A DNA stretch of 64,000 nt, from assembly GCA_977017645.1 (NCBI GenBank), contig OZ360219.1:154256001-154320000 (forward strand), in the 5' to 3' direction. This document shows, piece after piece, positions 63,514 through 64,000 of this stretch. Both the position numbers and the translations under genes were made by a program. This DNA comes from Torpedo marmorata (Eukaryota). The notes below the pieces were generated by a model. It was not told where the DNA came from and made no database searches. It saw only the letters and a list, made by a program, of their open reading frames with translations. The stretch's first letter is position 1, and the number at the start of each line of letters is the position of its first letter.

Positions 63514-63654
63514 TACATTGATTGCAATAAACACCTGAACATGTTTAGTTCAAACAACATTGCAAATTAGAATAATTTTTGGTCAACAAAACTGAAGATT
63601 CAAGTAGTCTTAAGCATTATTCAATAAGTCTTATTCAAAGCATAAATATTATAC

Positions 63655-63787
63655 CTTTTTTATGAAAGATAGCATTAAGAAATTTGTCTGCTTGGCATTC
63701 AAGCTGTTCAGTGTGAGACTGCCCCTGAGATACAGATTCCTCAGTAGATGTCAGTGTTGAAGGTGCATTCACAGATGAGATATGCTC
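63655..63787 (-). CDS. LCORL: LCORL internal coding exon (133 bp, phase 0 to phase 1)
   Basis: Acceptor TTTCTAG| and donor G|GTATAA. Translates [44 protein letters not shown]-(D), resembling the recalled LCORL segment [26 protein letters not shown]. Joins the next exon in frame (G|AC = Asp). Confidence 0.9.
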
Positions 63788-64000
63788 CTAGAAACAGTAA
63801 TGAATTATGCTCAAATATCTTTAAAATAAATAAAACGAAAAAGATGTCAGATTTCACACTGAAAACGTATTTAATTACTAGTTTGCATTTTAGTCAATTA
63901 TAAAATGAATCTGAAGACTAGACCCCTATACAGAATGAATAATTACAAATCCACATAACTAAACAATTGTCATATTATGACAAGATTTTAATGAATGGTC

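Overview
AT-rich vertebrate DNA, probably from a cartilaginous fish (inferred from the repeat families). The whole window lies inside one minus-strand gene, LCORL. Three internal coding exons (63655-63787, 54217-54471, 33500-33593) can splice, in matching phase, to either of two downstream exons. One is the canonical pipsqueak-HTH terminal exon (21759-22809). The other is a stop-free exon of at least 4.9 kb (1-4891, running off the window edge and absent from the ORF track) that encodes a PALI2-type region with AT-hooks and a PRC2-interaction (PIP) domain. The introns are full of nested transposons: a Gmr1-type Ty3/Gypsy element with its RT core deleted, an L1-type LINE, a Tc1 transposon carrying a MITE, Tigger/pogo and hAT MITEs, CR1- and Rex1-like LINE fragments, V-SINEs, a 5S-derived SINE, a solo LTR and a 2.4-kb satellite. 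Several Penelope-like elements carry minimal hammerhead-ribozyme-like motifs whose stem I covaries between copies. Repeated TACCGGTA sites look like DNA-transposon excision footprints. All calls were made by eye, and family assignments rest on recalled motifs rather than database searches.
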